A stretch of DNA of 64,000 bases from Torpedo marmorata (lineage: Eukaryota), in contig OZ360238.1 in the NCBI GenBank assembly GCA_977017645.1, positions 85,312,001 to 85,376,000 of the forward strand, read 5' to 3'. A program made the translations under genes and the position numbers. Below, one piece after another: positions 38,500-51,986 of the stretch (the first letter of the stretch is position 1; every line of letters starts with the position of its first letter). The notes below the pieces were generated by a model that was given only the letters and a program-made list of their open reading frames with translations, had not been told where the DNA came from and did no database searches.

Positions 38500-40425
38500 A
38501 ACTCCATCAAGACTGGAAGATAACAAATAGAAGTAATTTTTTAAAAAAGGGAGAGAGACTGAATGCAGGAATCCAGCAGAAAGCCAGTTGGCTTCACCTA
38601 GTCAAAAGGAAAATGTTAGGTTATAGTTAAAATACATATAACAGTGCGCTTGGAAACATTCAAGGTAATTGGGCAAAAGTCAGCAGGTTTTTGTGAAAGG
38701 GAAATCATGTTTGACCAATTTATTGGTGTTGTTTGAAGAAGTGACATGTGGATAAAGTTCATGTACTATATTTAGATTACCAGAGGATTTTTGATAAGGC
38801 GCCTCATCGAAGGTTTTACATTTTATTGTAGGGGGGGAGGTCGTTGTGAGGGAGGAAACATATATTTTCCTCGTTGGCAAGATGTGACAAGCTGTGTGCT
38901 CCAAGTATTGTTTCTGGGGCTTTAGCTTTTGTCAAGTTGTATGAAAGACTTGGATAAAGGTAGCAAAGATCTGGTTGCTACATTTATTGATGACTCAAAG
39001 AAAGGCTGCAAAATAAACTGTGAAGTGGGCAGGTGCAATGGAGGCGGTAAAGAGATATAAATAGGTTAACGTGGTACAGGCCCTTTGGCCCATGTGTCTG
39101 CACAGAGCATGATGCCCAAGTTAAACTAAAACTCTGCAGCTTACAGTTGATGTTGTATATCAAGATCAAGTTGGAGTTTATTATCATCTGACTGTACATA
39201 TACATGAAACACAGTGCACACATACACACACTATACACAGCATATAATAATCACATCTACACATCAAGATATAATATAATTATATATATCATACATATAT
39301 ACTGTGTATATATTTTTTTGAATAATTCTCTTAGTTATGGGATACTGTTCATCAATCTCTCAGCCTGTGGGAAGAAACTATTTCCCAGCCTGGCAATCCT
39401 GAGTTTAATGCTCCTGTTCCTCCTTCCTGATGGTATTTGGTCAAAGAAGCTGTGTGCTGGATGGAAAAGGTCCTCAATAATTCTTTGAGCCCTATTTAAG
39501 CAACGCTCCCTGTGAATGTCGTCAACATAAGAAAGGGAGACCCCAGTGAACATCTCGGCCATTTTGATGATCCTCTGTATTGACTTCCAGTCTGATGCTT
39601 TGCAGGTACCATACTACACAATGATGCAGCCAGACAGGACACTCTCAATTGTGCCCCTGTAAAATGCTGTCAAGAGACCGGCCCCCATGGACAACATTTA
39701 TTTCCTGCACATTCATGCATCTATCTTGAAGCCTCTTAATGCCACAATCGTATCTGCTTCTACCACAACTCCTGGCAACCCGATCCAGTCACCCACCACT
39801 CTCTGTGTAAAAAAAAAACTCTCTGCATATCTCCTTCAATCTCCCCACTCCACACCCCCCCCCCCCACCCTCGCATTAAATGCATTTCTCTAGTATTTGA
39901 TATTTTTATTCTGGGTGAAAAGGTTCTCACTCTCATAATTTTATAAACTTCTATCGAATCATCACTCAGCCTCCCACATTCTGGAGAAAAGAATCCAAGT
40001 TTATTCAACCTCTCCCAATAGTTCATGTGAGTGGACAAAAATTTGACAAATAAGAGCATAGAGTCACAGAGTTATACAGCAGCGAAACAGGTCCTTCGGC
40101 CCAACTCTTCCATTCTGGCCAAGGTTGCCTTCCTGAGCTGGTCCCATGAGCTTGTGTTTGGCCTGTATCCCTCCAAACATTTCCTAACCATGTTCCTGTC
40201 CAAATGCCTTTTACGTGTGGGAAGTGTCCCTGCTTCTACCACTTCCCCTGGCAGCTCGTTCCACACGCCTACCACCCTCTATGTGACGAAGGTGCTCCCC
40301 AGGTCCCCTTTAATTTTTTCCCTCATCACCTTAAACCTGTGTCCTCTAGTTTTGGACTCTCCTACTCTCAGAAATAGACTGTGACCACTCACTTATCTAT
40401 GCCTCTCATGATTTTATATACCTGA
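38500..40425. mobile_element. Patchwork of old CR1 RT (+, ~38500-39070), Rex 3' end (-, ~39160-39680) and two CR1 3' ends (-, ~39700-40020 and ~40060-40425)
   Basis: KGKSCLTNL-like sequence; HPAH.FF..PSGRR.RSI..SFFPQA; WNELPGEVVEAGT. Confidence 0.75.
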
Positions 40426-40749
40426 TTTTATATTTTGGCAGGAAAATTAAAAATCAGACTGGTGGGATACTTCAGTGCTCTGGGACATAGAGGGACCTGG
40501 GTGTTTAGGTGCACAGCTCATAAAAGGCTGAGTGAAGAATATCTAGAGGTTGACAGTTGAAGCGTTAGATTGATGTGGACTAGGTTTAAATGGGTTGGCA
40601 CAACATTGTGGACCGAAGGGTCTGTACTGTGCTGTTCTGTTCCAAGTTCTAATACCATGAGGGAAATAGATGAGATGAATGGTCATGTCTTTTCCCCAGG
40701 GTAGGAGAGTCTGAAACTGGAGGGGAAAGGTTTAAGGTGAGAGGGGACG

Positions 40750-41017
40750 CGGCCTGTGACCTCACAGGCACCAGACTTCACTCTAAAGGCGAGCACTCAA
40801 CGGCACAAGGACAGCTTCTTCCCCGCTGCCATCAGATTCCTGAATAATCAATGAACCAAAGACACTGCCTTACTTTTCGTGCACTATTATTGATATATAT
40901 ATATTTTTATAGTAATGCCGTAAGATGGTTATAATATGAATGTTTGCACTATGATGCTGCCGCAAAACAACGAATTTTATGACTTGTTCATGACAATAAA
41001 TTCTGATTCTGATTCTG
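40750..41017 (+). mobile_element. Short Rex1/Babar 3' end with internal deletion, inserted in a CR1
   Basis: Near-identical to 63425-63460 joined to 63577-63807; (TCTGAT)n tail. Confidence 0.9.
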
Positions 41018-41244
41018 AAAGATTTAAAAGCAATTGAGGGGCAACATTTTTCACAGAGGATGTTGGGGACGTGGAATGTGCTGCCTGAGGATGTGAGAGA
41101 TGCGGATACACTTAGAATGTTCAAAAGACTTTGAGCCAGGTACATAGACAAGAGGGATATGGGCTGAATGCAGGTAAAATGGATCACGCTGGCATTGGGC
41201 AACATGGAAAGCCAGCTTGAGGGACCTGTTTCCATGCTGTATCG

Positions 41245-42176
41245 TGTTACAAATTCAAACCAGCAATGACAGAAGACGCAATGCAAAAGGGGTAAAATTG
41301 AAATTTATATTTATTAAATACAATTAAACATATAATTTCACAACAATTAACCCCACTATAAACGTCTATAAACACTATTCTTATCTAAAAGGTGTGTGTG
41401 TGTAAAGCCCAGACCATTACAGTCTGTGCCCAACCCTCATGTAAAAATGGAAAAACTTTCCCCAAAAACCCCAGGTCAGTCATAAAAACAAGTCAGTCAA
41501 AAAAATATAATACAGTCCACAAAAATTCACTCTCTAAGTTCAGGTTCCAAATTCAGCTCTGTGTGCTGGTAGAAGGACTTCTTAATGAACGTTGGAGAGA
41601 GACAATGACTGTTTATGCCTACGAATACTTCGCTTGCTTTTCTTCTCTGATGACGTTCCCTTCTTGTGTTTTCATAAGGATTGCGAATTCAGATCCGATT
41701 TGGATTAAGGCGTATACTTGGATTTCACAGCCGGTTCCTCACAAAAGCTGTTCTCACAACTCAGGATTCTGCCGAATCATCAGGCCTTGTTTTTCTCCCA
41801 GCCTTTTTCTGGGATGCACAAGCCTGGACTTTTCTGATTCAAGAGACTCTGTGCTATTCTCCCCACTTCTTCTCTGGGATGCACAAGCCTGGATCCTACT
41901 GAGTTCTCCCGCCTTTTCAACTCCAAAACTGCCACACTTTTAGTTTTCACTTTAGGCCTTACAAGAGAGAGAGTTTCTCTCCAGCCTGTTTCTTCCAAAG
42001 TTTCTCTCCAAGTGTCGTTTTCACAGTTTGTCTCCCCCTGATGTCTCTCTCTGGTAAATACAAGAAGACCTGAGCAAGTTAACTCTTTCAGTACCAGGTC
42101 CCAGTGTATACTCCAAAAGACTTCATCCTTCCTGCTTACCGTCCGCAGTCCAAACTGTCAGTCATGGTCCATAACA
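41245..42176 (-). mobile_element. Solo LTR, 932 bp (Gypsy- or ERV-type)
   Basis: TGTTAC...ATAACA termini; perfect 4-bp TSD ATCG (41241-41244, 42177-42180); AATAAA on the minus strand near 41310; interrupts a CR1 tail. Confidence 0.85.
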
Positions 42177-43344
42177 ATCGCCCTTTGACTCAATGACTTT
42201 GACTACGTGGGTGTGCAGAGGATGTTTCCTCTCATGGGATACTCCAGAACAGGACGTCATTTGATAAAAGTAAGGGGTTTCCCATTTCCGGGAGAGATGA
42301 GGTACAATTCTTTATCTCTCTCATGAGATCGTCTTTGCAATCCTCTTTCACAAAAGGCTGTGAACATCAGGAATCGAAAGAAAGGTTACTGTGTGTAGAC
42401 AATAATGCGGTTGTAAATGTTGCATTCAGAAGAACCATCTACGTGTTAACCAGTGGAACAAGTACAAGGAGTGAAGAGCCTACTGCCACTCCTAATTCGT
42501 ATATTTCTTTTTACTCTTTATATATTGGGGTAAGATGGAAGGAGTAAAGTGGATTGTGGACATGATTGGGTTGAAAGGGCCTCTTTGTTTGTTATCCTAT
42601 CCCGTGGAAGGCATCTGATGATGAGTGGGAATTGAGCACATCACATTGGGAGATCAATCGGCTTTAGAACAGTAAAGATTTGGAGAAGTATGAGTGTTTG
42701 GGAATAGATGCTAGAGCAAGCTTGAGTGGTTGATTGCCCTATTGACACAATGTACGTGTTTTCGTTTTCGTTCTCTCTGAAAAATAGCTTCAAAGCTTTC
42801 TAGCAAAGAGCATCTGTGCCGGAAAGCTTTGTCCTTTGTGGCTTGTTGGTGCTCTCCACTAAATCAATGTGCTCTGCGGAGTCTTTATCCAAGCAAGCTC
42901 TGCCCATCTTTCGGGGGAGAGGTGAGTGCAGGCAGGCAGATATGAGTTAATGTGTCATCGTGAAATGGCAGAACATCCTGAAGGTACGGGTGACCTTCCT
43001 GGCTCCCTGTTCCGTATGCCACATCCTTCCAAAATGGAAAGTGGTCTTCAAAATGATAATGGACATGGAAGGTGGACAGTGGGAAACTTTTTCCACAGAC
43101 AGAGGTCTCTTAACATCATAGGATATGGGGTCAAGGTGAGCGATTAGAGGGGACCAGAGGAAAAATTATTTGAGGTTGAGTTTATTGTCATATACATAAG
43201 GACAATGTACATATGCGTGAAATTCTTACTTGCTACCGACAAACAGGTACGCAAGATACACCAACTATGACAATAATTTACCATCGTACAGAAAGAGATC
43301 ATAAATATAAAGAATAGATTAAAAAAAATTATAGTTACAGTTGG

Positions 43345-43550
43345 CATTCTCCTTACTCTATCTTTTTCTTTCTTTTTTCTTCTTCTTTTTCTATTTTTAT
43401 TTTATATTTTTATTTTTATTAGATTAGTGGGGTTGGGAGGGTTGGGGAGGGGAGGGTGGGTGAAAATGTATCACAAATATTTTGATAATTTCATATTTTA
43501 TTTTATGTATTTTGTGATTTAAAAATTTTAAATAAAATATTTAAAAAAAG
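43345..43550 (+). mobile_element. L1 3' UTR-only fragment
   Basis: Matches 30917-31096. Confidence 0.85.
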
Positions 43551-43834
43551 ACATAAAAGGCTACAAACCAACTGCGAATAAATAGGATGAGTAGAGAAGC
43601 GTACTTCTGGCCAGGAGCGGGTTGGAATTGTGCAGTCCAGAGGACTCTTTGACTTACTACTGTATCTTTGATCCACTACCATCAAGAAGGAGGTACAGGC
43701 GCATCAAAATCAGGACTGCCAGGCTGGGAAATAGCTTCTTCCCGCAGGATGTGAGATTAACCGAGTAAATTGCCCCAAAATATTTATATATATTTATATA
43801 TATTTATTTAAAATGATATCTTTCTACATAACTT

Positions 43835-44130
43835 AGGCACAACTTCAAGATTGAAGGGCACCCATTTAAAACAGAGATGTGGAGGAATTTCTTTCACCTG
43901 AGAGTGGTGAATCTCGAACTTGCTGCCAAAGGTGGCTGTGGAGGCCAAGTCGTTGGGTGTATTTGAGGCAGAGATTGATAGGTATCTGAATAGTCAGGGT
44001 ATCAAGGGTTATGAGGAGGAGGCAGGGGAGTAGGGCTGAGTAGGAGAATGGATCATCTAATGATGGAATGGCGGAGCAGATTCGATGGGCTGAATGGCCT
44101 ACTTTTGCTCCTATATCTTATGGTCTTATA
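43835..44130 (+). mobile_element. CR1 3' fragment (different subfamily)
   Basis: GGAATTTCTTTCACC.GAGAGTGGTGAATCT; CTTATGGTCTTAT tail. Confidence 0.85.
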
Positions 44131-44725
44131 GTATATATGTGATTATTATGTGCTGTGTATTATGCTGTGCTTATGTGTGCGCTGTTGTCTGGAGAAACGC
44201 TGTTTCGTCTGGTTTTATATGTGCAGTGAGATGAAAATGAACTTGAACTTGAGACGAAGTCTTGGATGAAGGTTGTAGCTGTTGTCTAGTTAAGGCAGGA
44301 TTGGAGTTGGGCGAAGTTTATTATCTCACAGCTGAAGAATGCTGAGCAAGGACCAGGGTGGTGACCTGAGTTTGATGAAGACTTTGCTACGTTGGGAGGG
44401 CGGGGGGGTGGTGGGGGGGTGGTGGGTGGCGGTAAGAGAATGCCGAGGGAGTAGCAGAGTGGTTCATGGCCAAAACTTCATCAAAAGATGGGATCTTGCA
44501 ATATGGCCCCCTAGCCAATTTCCCTCACCCTTCAGGTTTAAAATAAATTAATATGTTGTTTGGAGCTTAAAAAATAACGTGATTGCAAAAGGAATCACCA
44601 GCTGGAAATAGAAATAACAATGATGGGAACTAAAAAGAATTTTCATCATAACTATCTCGATGAGCACTTGAATTGTTAATGGACCGAATGGTGGTTAATG
44701 GGATTAGTATAAATGAGTACTGGTT

Positions 44726-44885
44726 GGTCAGCATGGACATGATGGGCTGAAGGGCCTGTTCCTGTGCTATGTGACTGTGACGGTCAGCATGGACATGATG
44801 GGCTGAAGTGTTTGTTCCTGTGCTCTGTGGCTCTGTGATGATGGTCAGCATGGCTGATGGGCTGAAGGGCCTATGTCTGTGCTGT
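44726..44885 (+). repeat. Tandem triplication (~56 bp unit) of a CR1 3'-terminal segment
   Basis: GGTCAGCATGG(ACA)TGATGGGCTGAAG.. occurs three times. Confidence 0.85.
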
Positions 44886-45419
44886 CTGCCCCACGTCTCT
44901 CTGACTGAGTGCTGGGAGAAGCATTGTGCTGGGCTGTCTCATCCCATGTACAAGCTGTCGGTTGGCAGATGGGAGGAAAGAGTAAATCCAATCCATATAA
45001 ATAATGGAACGCAGTGTAGAGCACAAAGCAAAGGGATTGGTTGGTTCAAATCTAAATCTAGGCTGCTGCTGATGACATGCCGGGGAGGTGGGAAGTGGGG
45101 GAGGGAAAGCAACAGCAACATTGGCACTTGGCCACTGCACTGTTAGAATAAGCGAAGTAAGCCAGCGGCAAACCGTCAGACAATCCCTGCATTGTTACCC
45201 ACATTCGCAAGCAGATTAATTGCTCCTGTAAAACCAAGATAGTATTTACTGTGGCAAGAAGCCAGCACAAATCATTGGGATACAGAGAAGGGTTTCACTG
45301 ATAAAGATCGTGCGAAGTAGCAAAGAAATCTTTGCTACCTGGGATGGAAATTGTTGGACAGGACTGGACCATGGAACAATTTTTAAGTCGGTTTTCAGAC
45401 TCCACGATTGCTTGTCCAT

Positions 45420-45665
45420 TCTGCGGCCTGGGGAAGACAGTGTACCATGTCTATACAGAAGGTGGAGCCTCTATTTGAGTATCTGAAGTTGCTGCTCCTA
45501 AAGTTCTGGCTGCATTTCAGTCCCCACGGTCCTGATCTTCAGTCACCTGATGAGGAGAGGGGGTGGGTCACTCTGAGGATCTCTTGGCCAGTTCGCTCCT
45601 GGACCTGGCCAAGGTGGCCATCCATTGGTCCAGGCAGCGGGCAGTTGAGGGTTCAGCCGGGGTGA
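45420..45665 (+). mobile_element. Tx1-clade LINE ORF2 C-terminal remnant
   Basis: PLFEYLK.LLLKFWLHFSP and LL.LAKVAIH.SRQRAVEG motifs. Confidence 0.7.
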
Positions 45666-47830
45666 ACGTACGTCCAGACTGTGCAACAGTTTTTTCCCCC
45701 AAGCCATCAGGCTCCTCAATTCCTAGATATATATGTGTATTAGCATGTTATAGTTTTTTCTATTGTATTATGATATTTATATACATCTGCCCATGGTCCT
45801 GGAGAAACACTATCTTGTCTTACTGTATATATGGTAATGAACGACAAATAAAGGTGACTTGACTTGACTGCCTGCTCCTCTTTCACGGTTACATCTGTTA
45901 TTGTGAATCCCTGGAGAAGGAGCACGCGGTTTCCACGGGTACCATGGGGAATTTCTGGGACCGGTGGGCACCACAGGGGCTCGAGTGTGTTCTGGAAGGT
46001 GATGACCATGTTATAATTTGAACGGGTAAATAGTGTCCAACTGAAGTACTGTAATACTTCATTAACGTAATCAATGAATAAACCTCCTTTGTTAAAGGGA
46101 AAAAATAAATCACCACTGAGTGTTTCACGGAGATTTCCTGACTTGTCTGCAATGGGATGTTACGAATAGTGTCCATGATTTACTCCAAGGACCATCTTTT
46201 CCTCCAACTCATATCCTGCCATTAACCAGGAAAATTATTCACAGATGTCTGTAATTGATGCCAACTGTGAGCCTTCAGATGTGATTGCATTATTGTGCTG
46301 TCTGTGACGTTCAAAACATGTAGGCAAACAGAACATCAAACAAGCATTGTTGTATACATAGCACAGTGCACCAAAATTCTTACTTGTTGTAACCACACAG
46401 GTACGTTAGATAAACCAACTGCAATAGTCTAAATTAAATTAGCACAATGTGCCAAAGCAGAAAAAGAGATAATAAATAGAAAAGGATAAATAAATATTCA
46501 CAGTTGCAGTTTGTGCAAAAAAAAAGTGATGTAGATCACAGACGGTACAACACAGGAACGTGTCTGTGCCGAACATGATGCCCAAATTAAACTAAATCTC
46601 TGCTGCTTGCACAGGATCTACATCCCTCTCTCTCCTGCATTTTCATATGTGTCTCCAGAAGCCTCTGAAACACAATTTAAATCTAACTCCAATAAGCCTC
46701 TTTTTCTAATTAGTGACTTCTCCAACCTGCACTCTCTCGTATCATTGATCCAAACCATGCAGTGATCAAAATCCCCCAACTTCCTGTAATCAATAACCCC
46801 CTTAACTCCATCCATTCCATTCACACACCTGTATGTTCTTCTTTGTCCAATCAATGAGCAACTCCTCCTGTCACAAGCATCGCAAACCTTCACCCTTCAG
46901 CCAGCATTACACAATTAACTGGTCTCTATCTCCTTGTCATTATTTGGGACCTTGCAGCGATAAAACACCAATGAAATAATCTGTTAAACTTTTCCCATCT
47001 GAATTATTAATCTCGATCAAATGTAAGAATCTCCAAATGGTCTGCTTTAAACACACAAGATGGGATGAGGAGTGGGTTATCAGATCCATTAGCTTGCTCC
47101 ACCACTTAACGTGCTCATGGCTAAATTTACATCTTGCTGTCAATATACTTGGTATTAATCTAATAATTCCAGAGTATTAAATATGATCAGGAAAGGGGAA
47201 TTGGAATATTGTGGCATGATCTTAAATGAGAGAGAGGCTGATTGAAAGTAATCCAACATAATGAAAAATCACATCACACCCTGGTCACACTCCCTTCTCC
47301 CTCTCCCATTGGGCAGAGGATATGCTTTTGAAAACGTTCACCAATGGTTTCTCTCTTGCTGTTTTCAGTCTCTTGAATGAACCCCTATTAGTATAAATAA
47401 TGCCTTGCACTGTAACCGTAAATTTCTCTTTAACACCATACCCTGCACTCTTATTGTAACACTGTTTTCCTTCTTGCACTGCCTACTGAGCTATGTAGAA
47501 GTTATCTCACCGGATAGCATGCAAAACAAATCTTTTCAATGTATCTTGGTCCACATGACAATAAAAAATTCAATTCAATTTAATAATCAAGATATCAGTG
47601 CACACATCACCTTCAATGGTCAGGGTCTACTGCTTTTCTTGTTCTGAGTTCTCACGCTGCAGGATAATGTTTCCTGGCATCCTCTATAGAATGTGTAAAC
47701 CCTAAACAGACTCTAGTTTAGTTCAAACATTCTGTCACATGTACCAAGGTTGCAGTGAGAGTTATTTTGTGAGCAGTCCACCTAGACATCCCATGCATTG
47801 TACAGCAAGTAAGACACAGTGTAGAAGTGC

Positions 47831-47903
47831 AGAGTTACAGAGAGAGATCAGTTAGTAGAGAGCAAAGAGAGTTACAGAGAGAGATCAGTTAGTAGAGAGC
47901 AAA
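47831..47903. repeat. Tandem duplication of about 36 bp
   Basis: AGAGTTACAGAGAGAGATCAGTTAGTAGAGAGCAAAG occurs twice. Confidence 0.9.
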
Positions 47904-48904
47904 GGCAACATAATTTTATGAGTGTGTGGTTCATTCAGGGGTCCAATAACGGCAGGAAATAAACTGACCCTGAATCTGGTGGTGCATGACCTTACACTCG
48001 CGAGGAGAGTGTGGCCAGGGTGGGGATGAGTCTTTTAATATGTTGGCTACTTTTTGCAAGGCAGCGGGAGTTATTGATGGAGGGGAGGAGGGTGTGCGAT
48101 GGCTTGAGCTGTGTCCACAGTTCTCTGCAGTTTCTTGTGGTCAGGACTGAACTCTGCTCACTGGAGATTTGAGGCACAGCACGACTAGCTGCATCACTGT
48201 TTCACCCTAAAATCTTTTTCCTCTTGGACAATCTTCTCAGATTAGGTAATACTTCCCTTTTTAGTGCTTTTTCCTTCTCTGTTTTCATTGGTCAGCCGTA
48301 AACCAGCTCTAATTTCTTTAGGGATTTCAGGACATTCCAAGAGCTTTGGCTGCCACTCAAAAATAGATTTGAGAAAACCACTCGTTTGTGTTCTGTTCAA
48401 CACAGTCAACTGCCGAGCCGAGATAAATTGCTCAAACAATGCATTGCCTGAGGGCAGGTCACCAGGAGCAGATAGAAAAATAGTCTGGGAGCTAGTTAGC
48501 TGGTTGAACATTTACTTAAGTGGAGTCAACTGCGGGAACCGTACTAATTAAATTGTTACTCCCCTCTGTAGAACCTTTAATTGAGAGTTGGAGTGAAACA
48601 ATGCTTTTAAGGATCATTTCATAGGAGTGAGGATTGATTAGTAATAACACACTTCATTAACTCTGCACTTTCTCAATCGCAATAATTGGAATCCTATCCT
48701 CATTGTCAAGTGCAATGTGTCTGGGTAATGAATAAAATATGCTGAAATTAGCATAAGATACCTTTCGTTCAGCTGGTGTTCTCTCACGTAGAGAGTGGTG
48801 GCAATTCAATCAAAGAGTTTCATGCGTAAGGCAGGCATAACCAGCTGGGACTGACGTGGACTTGCCTCCTCTTGGAAGCTTGTTGCCTGTCAGATTTCAC
48901 TGAG

Positions 48905-49168
48905 CTTTTTAAATTTAGACAACATATAGCCTGGTAACAGGCCATTTCGGCCCTCGAGTCCGTGCTGCCCAATTTACACCCCATTAACCTACACCCCCGG
49001 TACGTTTTGAACTGTGGGAGGAAACCAGAGCCCCCGGAGAAAACCCACGCAGACACGGGGAGAACATACAAACTCCTTACAGACAGCACGGGACTCGAAC
49101 CCTGGTCCGGACCCGATCGCTGGCGCTTTAAAGGCGTTGCGCTAACCACTACGCCAACCGTGCCGCCC
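48905..49168 (-). mobile_element. Young V-type SINE (subfamily with an extra GGACC segment in the head)
   Basis: Closely matches the reverse complement of 58266-58530; CpGs intact. Confidence 0.9.
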
Positions 49169-49639
49169 TGTTGCATTGCTGTAGCAAAGTTCAGGAATCA
49201 GCATGAGCACACCACCCTAACAGGCCATTTGATCTCTCAGGTCCATCCTAGCCCTTTGTGGTCCTGATGAACCTCCCCTACCTTCCCTCAGCTCAGCCCT
49301 CAGACATATCCATATTTACTATATCCCTAGGATATGAGATGATGATGAGAGTTTATTGTCATACACAGGAGTACAATGTACAGATGCACCGAAATTCTTA
49401 CTTGCTGCAGCCACACAGGTATGTAAGATACACCAACTGCAATGGTATACATTAAATTACCACAATATGCCAAGACAGAAAAAGAGATAATAAATAGAAA
49501 AGGATAGATGAATAAATATTCTCAGTTAATGAATATTTGCAGTTAGAGCAAATGTGGTTCATTGTCCATTCAGAAATATGATGGCAGAGGGGAAGAAGCT
49601 GTCCTTGTGCAGCTGGCTGTTCGAATTCAGGCTCCTGTA

Positions 49640-49935
49640 CCTCTCTCCCTTTTCCCTGTCTCCTTTCGCACAGACATAATCAATTCTCACCTCTCCCCTT
49701 ATCATATCCAATTAACACCTTTTGTTGGTCTGGATTCCTCCCCCAGCCAGCATTGTCTGTATTCTGAGATTTCCTGCTTTTTGCTCATTCTGTTTATTCC
49801 TTGAAGAAGGGCTCAGGCATGAAACGTCGGCAATATATCTTTGTTTCCTATGGATGCTGAAAGACCGGCTGAGTTCCTCCAGCGTTTCGCTGTGTTTTTA
49901 CTACAATCACAGTGTCTGCAGACTTTTGTGTTTCA
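49640..49935 (+). mobile_element. Penelope 3'/terminal repeat with the best-preserved hammerhead-like motif
   Basis: TATTCC-TTGAAGA-A-GGGCTCAGGCAT-GAAACGTC-GGCAATA followed by GGATGCTG..GCTGAGTTCCTCCAGC. Confidence 0.7.
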
Positions 49936-50953
49936 CGGAGCGAAGACTAATGCCCATGATGGCGCTGGCCATCATTTGGCCCAATGTCCATGCTTGGTCA
50001 TGAAGCAATTCCCTTTTCCCGTATAATTTTCTCTGTAAGTCCACATTCCCATCAAATTCTGCCACCTAGTTACACCCAGGGATATTTACAGCAGCCAATT
50101 CACCAACTTTCGAATATTTGGGATGTGGGTGGAAACTGGAGCACAGGGGGAAAGTGCAAACTTCACACAGACACCAGAGGAGAGGACTGAACTCAGGTCA
50201 CCAGACCTTTGAGATGGGGTTGAACCATACAGTGCAGATACCAATAAATGGCAGGCAGGAGAAGCAGACGAGTGAGAAGGAACCAAAGGACATCCATGGA
50301 GTATGGAAACCGGCCCATTGGTCCAACTCATCCACTTCCTCCAAGGCGCTTATCTACGCGTCCCATTTACCTGTGCTTGGCCCATATCCCTCTAAAACCT
50401 TCCTTTCCACTTACCTGTCCCTATTGTCTTTGAAATGTTGTAAGTGTGCCCGCCTCTACTGCATTGTTCTTTCCCATTACCCTCTGTGTGGAAAGACATG
50501 TCCCTCAGATCTGCTTTAAACTTACATTAATCACGGACTGCTCTGACTACTAAAGCACTATCTGTACATCACACTTCTCTTGCGCTATGATGACTGTGAA
50601 TATTTATTCACCATCTATCTTTTGAGATTATATTTATATTATATTTGAGATTTATATCATTATCTATTTTACATTTAATTGAAGGTATTCTATTGTAGTT
50701 TTATTAATGAAATACCTGTTCAGCTGCAGCAAGTAAGAATTTTGGTTATGTATGTACATTCTACAATGTGTATGACAATAAACATTATCATTATAATCTC
50801 TCCCCACTTATCCTAAACCTATATCCTCTAGTTTGAGCCTCCCCTACTCTGGGAAATAGACCGTGACAATCTTCCTGATCTATGTCCCCCATGATTTTGT
50901 AAATCTTTTAAAAAAAATCTTTTATTTAAATTTTTTAATCACACGATAGTTCA

Positions 50954-51526
50954 TGTAAGAGCCATAGGCTTGATTACTTACCTTGGTCGCGGCGCTGCGA
51001 TGTTCTCGGCAGGTCACAGAGGAGTCGCGGTGTTTGTAGGCCGTGCTAGGCCTATTTAGTACTCTGCGCATGCGCTAGAGTACTGACGGGCACATGCGCA
51101 GTTGGGAATGACGGCAGTGTGCGCGGTGGAGTATGCGCAGTGGAATAGGCGCATTGAGCATGTGCGAATCGGGAAAAAGCTTGGGGAAAAGATGGAGGCT
51201 TAGAGGAGGGTGAGTGAGATCGCCATATCTTTTATTGACCGTTTCATGGAACATTTAACCATGTTTCATTGAACATTTAAACTCGTTTCATTATGGTTTA
51301 AAGTCATTTAATTGAACATCTAAATACAGTCAAAGGAATCGTTTAAAGGAACTCATTAAACATCGTTATCAAGAACTGTTTATATTTAAGTCATTGAAGA
51401 TTGCTGCAAGTCACGTGTGTAAATAAAGTTTTTTGAACATATCGGACTTTGTTAGTAAATTAATTGAAACGCGTCAAAAACAAGTATCTCACCTAGCCTC
51501 CAAGTTGTTGGATCGAAGTCACTATA
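50954..51526 (+). repeat. 5' LTR (573 bp)
   Basis: TGTAAGAGCC...CACTATA; AATAAA near 51422; NRF1-like TGCGCATGCGC near 51065. Confidence 0.95.
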
Positions 51527-51986
51527 TTATTAGTCAATAAAAGAGGTTGTTTGGAACAGAAAATTGAAGGAAAGAAGATAGGATAATCTCTCTGCGCTTT
51601 GGACTGATATTTAAAATAAAATGGTGGCCATCTTGGAGATGCCTTGAGTTGGAGGCAGTTTGTAATCCACATCCATCTGCCATGAGTAACAGCCAGAGAG
51701 GGATTTAAAGCTTCAAATCTTATAGTAAAGTGTACTATAAATACGTTGGAGAAACCATTTTTGGAAAATCAGCGATATTATTGATGGATGTTGTGGTTGA
51801 AACTCGTTTGTGAATAGCAGCACATTACAGTCATTTGAAGTGGTAGGCATATAAGTCTGTGGACTCCTTCTGTGTATCTTTGGCAAGTAAGAACACAGAT
51901 TGGAATTGCTGCCGCTGGTCCATTGGGGACTGCTGATTTGGCTAGTGTTGTGTATGCTTGAAGGACAGTGGAACAAGACGAGTAAA

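Noticed and set aside
37476-38510. 344-aa ORF and overlapping ORFs, also those at 21482-22614
   Set aside because: Arise from GC richness of the repeat; frames are not conserved between the two copies and no domain is recognisable
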